DNA from: a virus
Lineage: Duplodnaviria > Caudoviricetes
Length of the DNA stretch: 37,650 bases
Strand: one strand, 5' to 3'
IMG/VR virus record: IMGVR_UViG_3300014208_001430
Coordinates: 1 to 37,650 of that record
Both the position numbers and the translations under genes were made by a program. Position 1 is the first letter of the stretch; every line of letters starts with the position of its first letter. Positions 27,322 through 34,971 of this stretch are shown one piece after another. The notes beneath the pieces were generated by a model. That model had not been told where the DNA came from. It searched no databases and was given only the letters and a program-made list of their open reading frames with translations.

Positions 27322-27464
27322 TGCGCGGGCAAGGATTTGCACCTTGCATTATGGGTTAAGCCCACAGTCCCGATTTACTAACGTAGCGATATATCGGGTT
27401 CGTATCCCGAACCAACCTACGGTTTTCATCGGCTACTCCTGCGTTACCTATTCCGCCACCGCGC
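27322..27464 (-). ncRNA. tRNA-like RNA with expanded anticodon domain (143 nt)
   Basis: GCGCGG/CCGCGC-A acceptor; Leu-like D arm TG-GCG-GAATAGGTAA-CGC; variable arm GTGGG-CTTAA-CCCAT; T arm GCAAGG-TGCAAAT-CCTTGC; about 75 nt in place of the anticodon arm. Confidence 0.75.
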
Positions 27465-27475
27465 TATTCCTTAAC

Positions 27476-27793
27476 TTAATCTTTCCAGGTTATGCCTTTA
27501 ACGGCCCACATCTGCGCTCCCTGCGCTTCGGTGATTGCCGTAGATAGCAAACGCCCCTTTCCACCGATTCCAGCCTCTGCGCGCAAGCCATCGGGCAAAT
27601 CGATAATCTTGGCGTAAGCCTCTTTGATTTCCTGCACTTTGGGATCGCCGCTCGGATTGAAAGTCAACCCGACCGCCTTCTCGCCAAACGTCAATTCTCT
27701 GCTGGGAGTTGACGCCATCGGAGTTGCCGTCCCGCCCGTTTCTTCTTCTCCTGCTCCTTGATTCTCCGCGCAATTTGCCACATCTCCTTCCAT
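27476..27793 (-). CDS. Acb2/Tad1-like helical-hairpin protein (putative anti-defence nucleotide sponge)
   Basis: LTFNPSGDPKVQEIKEAYAKIID...GRLLSTAITEAQGAQMWAVKGITW resembles the R-x-x-S-x-AIT-x5-MWA-x-K hairpin. Confidence 0.65.
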   Translation of the reverse strand: MEGDVANCAENQGAGEEETGGTATPMASTPSRELTFGEKAVGLTFNPSGDPKVQEIKEAYAKIIDLPDGLRAEAGIGGKGRLLSTAITEAQGAQMWAVKGITWKD

Positions 27794-27882
27794 TTTATTT
27801 TGCTTTCTCGCTTATTAAGCTGAAAAAGCGATTATTTTAAAAAATTGTTACCAATTTCGTCAACCGACAAAACGAAAATGGT

Positions 27883-28194
27883 TTATATCTCAAGCCGCTT
27901 AATTATATCGTCCAGGGCGATATTTGCTTGGCGCACCCCAATTGCCAATTCCCGGGTCATTCGCGCCATCCGGCACAATGTCAGTTCCTCTGGAACATTC
28001 TCTTCTCTATCTTTTGGTCTAATATCACCCAAAACTGGCTCCAGACAGTCTTCCAACTTTTTTATTGATTCTTGTAAGATTGAAATCTGATCATTTAGCC
28101 GGTCGAATTCAACCGCTGTCTCCTTCGTTTTTTTGGTTTCGTGATTAAGCGGGTCGCAACTTTTGGCAAACGTACTTTTCTCAAAATTTTCCAT
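27883..28194 (-). CDS. Coiled-coil hypothetical protein
   Basis: Heptad repeats; LEPVL and IIKRLEI. Confidence 0.7.
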   Translation of the reverse strand: MENFEKSTFAKSCDPLNHETKKTKETAVEFDRLNDQISILQESIKKLEDCLEPVLGDIRPKDREENVPEELTLCRMARMTRELAIGVRQANIALDDIIKRLEI

Positions 28195-28255
28195 AGGAAT
28201 TTATTTTTATTATCTTTGCAAACGTAATTAGACTCTCTGATGCACACGACTCATC

Positions 28256-28708
28256 CTATTCGGTTTTGGGTTTAGCTTTTCTGGTTTTTTTCTCTGCGGG
28301 TTTTTCTTCCGCTGGCTTTTCCTCTTTCCACTCGAACGTTTTAGCAAATTCCGCTTTTTCCCGATAATTCGCCGCCTCGATTTTCGAGTTGTATATTCTC
28401 TCGTTTATGGTGCAAAGCGAGGCCTCGGCCTGCTGCTTGAATTCCCTGGCTTCCGCGAGTTGCGGGGCCAGCTCGCGCTCCAGCGCTTTTCTGGCCTCCC
28501 GGGTTTTGCGGGAATAATCCTTCGGATCAAATTCTTTGAATTGCTCATTGAGCTTATTCTCGTCGTCGATCGCCTTTTTCTGTTCGGCCGCCAATTTGGC
28601 AACCCGGACATCCTTATCGAATGCCGCGCCGCACTCCAATCTCCAAGCCTGCTCTTCGCAATCCGCGATAAACTTTCCCCTTATTTCTTTAATTTTATTT
28701 GTGTCCAT
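28256..28708 (-). CDS. Coiled-coil hypothetical protein
   Basis: 150-aa E/K/A-rich ORF. Confidence 0.7.
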   Translation of the reverse strand: MDTNKIKEIRGKFIADCEEQAWRLECGAAFDKDVRVAKLAAEQKKAIDDENKLNEQFKEFDPKDYSRKTREARKALERELAPQLAEAREFKQQAEASLCTINERIYNSKIEAANYREKAEFAKTFEWKEEKPAEEKPAEKKTRKAKPKTE

Positions 28709-28743
28709 CTTTTTGTTTTATAAGATTTTATTGAACAGCCGCG

Positions 28744-29616
28744 CTATATGACTTCAACATACTCCCACAAAATCCCATTCACGATCTCCATTTGTTCCGC
28801 GTATTCTTTGACTTTGGTGCCGACCGGTAAAACCTTGATAACCTTGCCCCCGGGCGTGATCCGCAAATTCAACCCTATGCTGGAAGTTACCTTTCCGTCC
28901 TGGATGTAATCCTTGGCCGCGTAGCCGTATACTCCCGCCGGCGCGGACAATAAGTTATCCGTCATCACGAACCAACTCTCGAACGGATTATAATCTTGCG
29001 GATGATAGAATATCCCGCAATTACCTTTGCCTTCGCCCCAGCTGTTCTGGATAATCCCATACTTATCGCGGCCGTAACCGCAACGTCCGATGGCGTGGCC
29101 CCAGGTTGCTTCTCCGGCCAATGGCGCCCTTATATGTGATTGCTGCCAGCCCGGATTAGATCCGGTAAATCCGCTAAGCAACATTCCATACAAAAAATTG
29201 GCTTCGTTCAACCTTTTTAAATCATCCACCTTGGCATAAGCGCCGATCTTCCACTTTGCCGGATCGCCACCATTGATTGGCATCGCCCCGACTTTTTGCA
29301 TAACTTGTAATGCCGACCTGAAATACGTCCCTTTGACATCTGGCATACCGTCAATCAGTTTGCATTGCTGGTAGAGCCACTCTCCATCGAATTCGATCTC
29401 AATCCCCTGCTTATAGGCCAAATATGACCGCAGAACCGCCCCGCTATGCCCCACGCACGAAGGATTGCTCCCTTGGTTGTGGATCGGGATATTGAATGTC
29501 CGCGGCATATTGTCGGGAATCGCCGCCGGAATAGGCGCCACCGCCGAAAGCGGGAAATCCCGAATGTCTTCCGGCGAAGGCAATAATCCCGGGAAAATTG
29601 TTTCTTCTTTTTGCAT
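28744..29616 (-). CDS. Papain-like (C1) cysteine peptidase with C-terminal SH3b-like domain
   Basis: NQGSNPSCVGH (oxyanion Q, catalytic C), WGHAI (H), QNSWG (N); GLNLRITPGGKVIKVLPVGTKV...WEYV. Confidence 0.85.
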   Translation of the reverse strand: MQKEETIFPGLLPSPEDIRDFPLSAVAPIPAAIPDNMPRTFNIPIHNQGSNPSCVGHSGAVLRSYLAYKQGIEIEFDGEWLYQQCKLIDGMPDVKGTYFRSALQVMQKVGAMPINGGDPAKWKIGAYAKVDDLKRLNEANFLYGMLLSGFTGSNPGWQQSHIRAPLAGEATWGHAIGRCGYGRDKYGIIQNSWGEGKGNCGIFYHPQDYNPFESWFVMTDNLLSAPAGVYGYAAKDYIQDGKVTSSIGLNLRITPGGKVIKVLPVGTKVKEYAEQMEIVNGILWEYVEVI

Positions 29617-29646
29617 TGATATGATCGCTCCTTTCGGCCGCGTTGG

Positions 29647-29817
29647 TTATAATTCGATAGTTAGCTTTGCCTTCCGCACGTGAAAAGCGTTACCTAACTT
29701 CGAAACCTTTGCCACTATCCTTCTCGCTTCGCTGCGGCTTTTTCCGATGGAGAAATCTCCATCATCATTAACCACCGCCCAGCACTCGATTATCTTCTTT
29801 TTTGTTTTTGCTGCCAT
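29647..29817 (-). CDS. Small basic hypothetical protein
   Basis: Start MAAKTKKK; CWAVV...SRSEAR. Confidence 0.55.
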   Translation of the reverse strand: MAAKTKKKIIECWAVVNDDGDFSIGKSRSEARRIVAKVSKLGNAFHVRKAKLTIEL

Positions 29818-29825
29818 ATTGTTTC

Positions 29826-29945
29826 TGGCGGGCAATAGGGGGAAAACACACGGTCCATCGTTTGGCTTGGGTATGCTTCATATGGCTTAGTCGTGGACTT
29901 AATCCCATTAACCACTCACCGGCATTTTCCCTCTGCTGCCCGCCA
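29826..29945. ncRNA. 120-nt element closed by a ~21-bp stem
   Basis: TGGCGGGCAATAGGGGGAAAA / TTTTCCCTCTGCTGCCCGCCA; inner GTCCA/TGGAC. Confidence 0.5.
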
Positions 29946-29991
29946 AATTAAATTTACAATTTACTTAAACCGATCAAATGCGTTTTGATCG

Positions 29992-30231
29992 TTACAAATC
30001 TTCGTCTTCGCTATCATCGGTCCCGGTATCTGCATCGGCCTTGAACATCGATTTTCTTCCCTTGCCCCTTTTCTCGAGTTCCCCCTTCAGGATCAACCCA
30101 TAAATGTAATTATTCACGGCCGTAACATTGCGCCCCACGCAATCGGCAATGTCCTTCATCGGTTCATCCGCCTTGTACATCCGCATGATCTTTTCTTTTT
30201 CCTCTGGGGTATAGCGTTTCACTTCGTTCAT
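29992..30231 (-). CDS. Helix-turn-helix DNA-binding protein
   Basis: RYTPEEKEKIMRMYKADEPMKDIADCVGRNVTAVNNYI; true start uncertain. Confidence 0.65.
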   Translation of the reverse strand: MNEVKRYTPEEKEKIMRMYKADEPMKDIADCVGRNVTAVNNYIYGLILKGELEKRGKGRKSMFKADADTGTDDSEDEDL

Positions 30232-30335
30232 CCTCAACTGGCTCGGTTTCCGGAAACAGAATCGCTTGAATTTTTCCGGATATTTCCGGAGGCGTAATGA
30301 CAATCACGCCATTTGAAAGTTCTATTTTCATAGAT

Positions 30336-31721
30336 TTATAGCTTATTGATAAGCTTCAACTTATTTTCTCCCCATTGTTTTTCGATCAAATATTCGGTTG
30401 CCATCCGCATTTTGTCGACAGGGACCATTTCTTTTATTTTTTCTTTGATTGCCGCCTCCCAATTATGATAAACATAGGTACCGGCCAATTCTGATTCATC
30501 CTTCGATTTCCATTCGTGGCGCTTGCAGATTGTTCTGGCAATACTTGTTCCTTCGGATTGCATGACCAGCTCCAAAAACACGTCGGCAAATTTTTCATCG
30601 ATTGGCCACACAATACGGCCCAAAGCCTCAACAATTTGTGTCTCCAATTTTTGCGCCTTCTCTCTTTCTTTTTTTAACTCTTTTTTCCGGGCCTCTTTTT
30701 CTTCCGGAGTCTGCTCGTATCCGGATGATGAATGACTCCCGTAATGAACCTCGCACTTGCGATTGCTGCAGATCTCTTTGATTGTTTTCCCGATACCAGC
30801 TCCCTGGGCGATGATTGCCGAATGGATGCTCTCGCATCGCTTTGATTTTTTATCAATCACTTCGTAATCGCTTTTTGATAAAATCCCTTTCTCCGGATTC
30901 GAATACTCATCCGAAACTTTGGTCATGTGATCTTTTTTCGCCCGATAATTGACATAGGCATCCATCTTCCGCTTCCAGCATTTCAGATCGTTGCAAGTCC
31001 CGGATTTTACCGGTCCGAATAACGTCGCGCTCACCGGCTTGCATTCCACGCACGGACCGACAACTTTCTCAAGTTCTTTATTTCCCACCCACGGTTGCCG
31101 GCTTATCGGCGAATAAATATTGTCTTCGATCCATTCCTTCAGACGCTTAACGGGTATCAGATCGTGATAACTATTAGCTTCCTTCATTGCGGATTCCTGG
31201 TCTCTGGCCGACAGTTTGGCGATTAATACCGCGTGGCCGTCGGTAATCTTCCCTGATCGATACGCAGCTGCCGGCTTTTCAACCAAGTTGGTCAAGAATA
31301 ACCTCTGCCGGATATAGCTTTCTGACTTCCCAACTTTTGCCGCGATGCTCGAGATCTCATAATGCGATTTCTCGGCCAGCTGGCGATAACTTTGGCCTTC
31401 ATCAAGCGGATGCACATCTTCGCGTTGCAGGTTTTCGATGATCTGGATCTCGCGGGATTCGTCATCGGTTAATTCCTCAATTCCGGCCGGAATTTCTTCC
31501 AATCCCGCCATAAGAGCGGCTCGATATCTCCGGTTGCCGGCGACGATCTCGTAAATCTTTGTCCCGATATTTTTTGGTCTGGCAATCACCGGCACCAAGA
31601 CACCTTTTTCTTTAACGCTGGCAACCAAATCTTCAAAAGGCTTATTTTCCCCCACCTTGAAAGGTCGGGGATTGGTTGCCGATTCATACGCCTCGGATAC
31701 TTTGATCGTTTGAAGATTCAT
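30336..31721 (-). CDS. ParB/RepB/Spo0J-family protein
   Basis: LVASVKEKGVLVPVIAR, YEIVAGNRRYRA, IENLQREDVHPLDE, HTH IAAKVGKSESYIRQRL. Confidence 0.9.
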   Translation of the reverse strand: MNLQTIKVSEAYESATNPRPFKVGENKPFEDLVASVKEKGVLVPVIARPKNIGTKIYEIVAGNRRYRAALMAGLEEIPAGIEELTDDESREIQIIENLQREDVHPLDEGQSYRQLAEKSHYEISSIAAKVGKSESYIRQRLFLTNLVEKPAAAYRSGKITDGHAVLIAKLSARDQESAMKEANSYHDLIPVKRLKEWIEDNIYSPISRQPWVGNKELEKVVGPCVECKPVSATLFGPVKSGTCNDLKCWKRKMDAYVNYRAKKDHMTKVSDEYSNPEKGILSKSDYEVIDKKSKRCESIHSAIIAQGAGIGKTIKEICSNRKCEVHYGSHSSSGYEQTPEEKEARKKELKKEREKAQKLETQIVEALGRIVWPIDEKFADVFLELVMQSEGTSIARTICKRHEWKSKDESELAGTYVYHNWEAAIKEKIKEMVPVDKMRMATEYLIEKQWGENKLKLINKL

Positions 31722-31888
31722 TTTTTATCGGCAATTTTTTCGTATTGGCTCCAATACTCCCAAAATGTGCCTTTTAGTTTCAAAAAGTTGTGGCAATCAG
31801 CGTGCCGGAAACAGTTGGACAACGCCTTCACAAAGCTCCCGCCGAATCTTTCCATCGCGTCAACAACTTTCAGTTCTTGGTCGCTCAT
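31718..31888 (-). CDS. Small phage protein (FGGSFVKAL motif)
   Basis: MERFGGSFVKALSNCFRHAD...FWEYW; start MSDQELK. Confidence 0.65.
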   Translation of the reverse strand: MSDQELKVVDAMERFGGSFVKALSNCFRHADCHNFLKLKGTFWEYWSQYEKIADKK

Positions 31889-31892
31889 ATTT

Positions 31893-32228
31893 TTACGCGG
31901 TAACTTTTGCCCGACGGCGTCCGACCTTTGCGATGTCTGCTTCAACTTCGTTCTCGCGCGAATCTTCCTCCGCTTTTTCTTTCTCTTCCGCCTCCCACTT
32001 TTTGACGCTCTTCACGAAAGCGTCTTTTGGATCAACCGCAAATTCGCGACTGAAAGAAAATAGGTTTTCGCCGGCATCAGCGGACTTGGCCACCTTGCCG
32101 ATAACAGTGATCTCCACCGTATCGCCAAGCTCGATGTCGTAAGCCGGATCCGCTTCCTGGAGATTGCTAAGCGCGAACTCTTTTACCTTGCCCAGCCGGA
32201 TTATTTTGGATATTGGTTTTTTGTTCAT
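31893..32228 (-). CDS. Hypothetical protein
   Basis: 111-aa ORF in the operon. Confidence 0.65.
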   Translation of the reverse strand: MNKKPISKIIRLGKVKEFALSNLQEADPAYDIELGDTVEITVIGKVAKSADAGENLFSFSREFAVDPKDAFVKSVKKWEAEEKEKAEEDSRENEVEADIAKVGRRRAKVTA

Positions 32229-32256
32229 CTTTTTTTAAATTATTAAGATTTTCCCG

Positions 32257-32460
32257 TTACCACAAAAGATAATTAACTATCCCGTCCTTATCTTTCAAAA
32301 TATCTTCGATTGTCATTCTCGCCGGGAACGATTTTTCAAAAACTCTCATTAGTTGCATAGGACAATCACCCCAAAAATCTTGCTCGACTTTCACTTTTGT
32401 TATTTGCTCATCCGAAAAATCAAATTCCACTTTCAAAACTTTTGTGTTGCATGTTCCCAT
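32257..32460 (-). CDS. Hypothetical protein
   Basis: 67-aa ORF. Confidence 0.55.
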   Translation of the reverse strand: MGTCNTKVLKVEFDFSDEQITKVKVEQDFWGDCPMQLMRVFEKSFPARMTIEDILKDKDGIVNYLLW

Positions 32461-32611
32461 CTTTTTTTAAATTATTAACTTCAAACTCCTTTTGGCATTT
32501 CACGCATTTCACGGCCTTATATCCAAATTCGTTGGAGACCACTTTATTGGAATGTCCGCAATTCGGGCAAACCCAGCGCGAATTTTGGAGTACGACCTTA
32601 TCTTTTTCCAT
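32420..32611 (-). CDS. Zinc-ribbon protein
   Basis: WVCPNCGHSN...VKCVKCQKEF. Confidence 0.6.
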   Translation of the reverse strand: MEKDKVVLQNSRWVCPNCGHSNKVVSNEFGYKAVKCVKCQKEFEVNNLKKDGNMQHKSFESGI

Positions 32612-32615
32612 TTTC

Positions 32616-32975
32616 TTATTTAATTTCCTCGACCTTGACAATTACCTTGCTTTCTCCGGTATAATCCTTGCCGGCGTGATCTTTCCGAAACTTATTAACC
32701 GCCTCAACTTTACTGAAAGCTTCGACCGTTTCAAATTGGTAATTTCCGCAATTCTCCGCGTCCACCGTATCGTAAGTAACTCGAAATTTTGCCATAGGTT
32801 TTATGCTGAATATTGTAAAAAACAAATTTCCGCAACCGTAGGGAAAAGGTAAATTCCAGCCGCATCTCCCAAAACTTAAAATGAATCTGCCAATCTTAAT
32901 CCTCTCGTGAAAACATCTACACCCGCACTTTTGACAAACCGGCTGTTGCGCTATTGATACCGTTTCTTCCTCCAT
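32616..32975 (-). CDS. Hypothetical protein, Cys-rich N-terminal half
   Basis: CQKCGCRC; internal Met (MAKFRVTY) suggests two modules. Confidence 0.55.
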   Translation of the reverse strand: MEEETVSIAQQPVCQKCGCRCFHERIKIGRFILSFGRCGWNLPFPYGCGNLFFTIFSIKPMAKFRVTYDTVDAENCGNYQFETVEAFSKVEAVNKFRKDHAGKDYTGESKVIVKVEEIK

Positions 32976-32979
32976 ATTT

Positions 32980-34743
32980 TTATTCTAAAAATAATAATTT
33001 TTGCGCGGCCACTCTTCCCGGTGCCGGGTAATCGATTAATTTCAGAGAACGCAAATATCCAAGATTGTTGAAATATCCTCCCGACGTGGAAGAAATCGTC
33101 CGGCCTAATACTTCGCCCGCATTCGCAGCAAGTTCACCTTTGGTAATTGATTCCGGATAAAGTGAAATCGCAACCTTTAAAATTGCCGCCTGGGAAGCTG
33201 AAAGTTTGCGAATAATCTGCTGTTGCAGTTCCTCGCTTGTCGATGGAACATTCCCCGGATCGGCAACCGCGCGGCCTTTACCCGTCAAAACAAGCATTCC
33301 CGCCCTCGGATATTCAATAAATCCCGCGGTTCTCAAAGTTCCCAAATTGTTAAAATATCCGCCACTGGTTGGACTTTGGTCAGAAAGTAGCGCTACCTGG
33401 GTTTTGTCGCCTTCGGCAACCCCGATTGTTTCAAGCCACGATAACGAATTCAGAATTTTCTGCTTGGACATCGATGGCTTAAATTCAGATATTGGTACAT
33501 TCGTTTCCTGCAACTCGTTGCGCGGCGCTGTGATAATCGTTGGGGCAACCGACGGTTTTTGGTTTATAACCTTCCCTAAATCCGCAGAAAATTTATTGAC
33601 GCTTGCCTCAACCACCGGAACATATTCCTTCATCGCCTTCAGCATCCGCCGCATATTGCTTTCGGCGACCTTTAATTTTTCCAAAGTTCTCTTTCCAACT
33701 ACTGGCACTTCGATGCGCTTGATCTTCGTTGTCGGCGCAGCATAAACAGATTTCGGTGCGCCCATTTTTATTTCCTTTTCCAATTGGACAATTCGCTTCC
33801 TAAGCATACGCGGGTCATCCTGTTTCACCTTTTCAATCGTTGCCGCCATCTGGCGCTTCAAAATATCAATATCGATATCCGCTAGGTTCTTTGGCTCGAT
33901 TGGCTTTTTTCCCACCTCCGGAGTCGCGCCCGAATCGAATGTTTCTATCGGCAGAACATGAACGCGCTTAAAAATTCCTTCAACTGTGGGCCAACCGGGA
34001 GACCAAAACCAGGCATCGCCGACCGGAAGCGACGGCAACGATTCCATTAAGATTTTACGTTGCTCCGGTTCGCCGTGAACCTGTATCCAGGCATCCATCG
34101 CGGCTAGATCCTGCGGAGCGATCGTACGTAAAGCAACCAAAACCTGTGTCTGTGTCAAAACATTTTTGTTGAGAACCGCCGACCGCTGCGTAACCAGCGT
34201 ACAACCGATTCCACGTTGACCTCCGCGCCGGACAATATCTTCTGCCGCTCCAAGCATCCGCTCCTCGCCTTTCTGCGGCTTCTGAGGCGCCACAGCATCC
34301 GCTTCGTCAATAACAACCATTACCGGCGTCCGGTAGATTTCCTTTGCCTTCAAGCGATAAAGATTTTCCAAGAATCCGGTCATAAACGTTGCAACCTCGT
34401 GCTTTCGGAAAAACGATAGATCAATGAGGATACTTACTCTTTCCTCGACCACCAGTTTGGCTACGATCTCGCCGGCATTGACTTCAAGCGGGACATCGCC
34501 ATGCTCGCCGCCAAGAATTACGATCGGAAGGCCCGGCGCTTTCCCGTCCGCGGTTGATCGGACACCCCACTGGTCGCCTTTCGGATCCACCAGCACAACT
34601 TGCTGGCCGGCCTGGAATAGTTGTTCGACGATCCGGCGCATTGTATAGCTTTTGCCGGCGCGGCGCTTTGCAAGAATGCCAATCGTCTGTGTGACGATCT
34701 CAAGCGGCAAATCGAGATCCTTGGAAATTTTAATGGTTTTCAT
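32980..34743 (-). CDS. HerA/FtsK-type (DUF87-like) ATPase with tandem C-terminal winged-helix repeats
   Basis: AKRRAGKS Walker A, LVDPKGDQWG, VVIDEAD Walker B, RRGGQRGIG, VTQRSA; duplicated TSGGYFNNLGxLR...I(E/D)YP. Confidence 0.85.
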   Translation of the reverse strand: MKTIKISKDLDLPLEIVTQTIGILAKRRAGKSYTMRRIVEQLFQAGQQVVLVDPKGDQWGVRSTADGKAPGLPIVILGGEHGDVPLEVNAGEIVAKLVVEERVSILIDLSFFRKHEVATFMTGFLENLYRLKAKEIYRTPVMVVIDEADAVAPQKPQKGEERMLGAAEDIVRRGGQRGIGCTLVTQRSAVLNKNVLTQTQVLVALRTIAPQDLAAMDAWIQVHGEPEQRKILMESLPSLPVGDAWFWSPGWPTVEGIFKRVHVLPIETFDSGATPEVGKKPIEPKNLADIDIDILKRQMAATIEKVKQDDPRMLRKRIVQLEKEIKMGAPKSVYAAPTTKIKRIEVPVVGKRTLEKLKVAESNMRRMLKAMKEYVPVVEASVNKFSADLGKVINQKPSVAPTIITAPRNELQETNVPISEFKPSMSKQKILNSLSWLETIGVAEGDKTQVALLSDQSPTSGGYFNNLGTLRTAGFIEYPRAGMLVLTGKGRAVADPGNVPSTSEELQQQIIRKLSASQAAILKVAISLYPESITKGELAANAGEVLGRTISSTSGGYFNNLGYLRSLKLIDYPAPGRVAAQKLLFLE

Positions 34744-34748
34744 GTTTT

Positions 34749-34967
34749 TTAATCTTCATAACCAAATAATGGCCTTTGTTTCCGGTAACCAATCATAAAT
34801 TCCACGTTTCCCGGAATAATTTCGCCGGTATGAACATCGCGAACCTTAACAAGTTTCCGTTTCGCCAAATAATCCACATAATTTTTACAATCGCGAAAAC
34901 TCCCCGCCGCCTTGCGCTGCTCAAAAAGAAGTTCTATTCCTGATTTTTTGCTGATTTCTGTATCCAT
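34749..34967 (-). CDS. Hypothetical protein
   Basis: Start MDTEISKK avoids overlap with the replication initiator. Confidence 0.55.
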   Translation of the reverse strand: MDTEISKKSGIELLFEQRKAAGSFRDCKNYVDYLAKRKLVKVRDVHTGEIIPGNVEFMIGYRKQRPLFGYED

Positions 34968-34971
34968 AAAA

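Noticed and set aside
27157-27547. ORFs 27157-27342 (-) and 27167-27547 (+)
   Set aside because: They overlap the tRNA-Tyr and tRNA-like RNA
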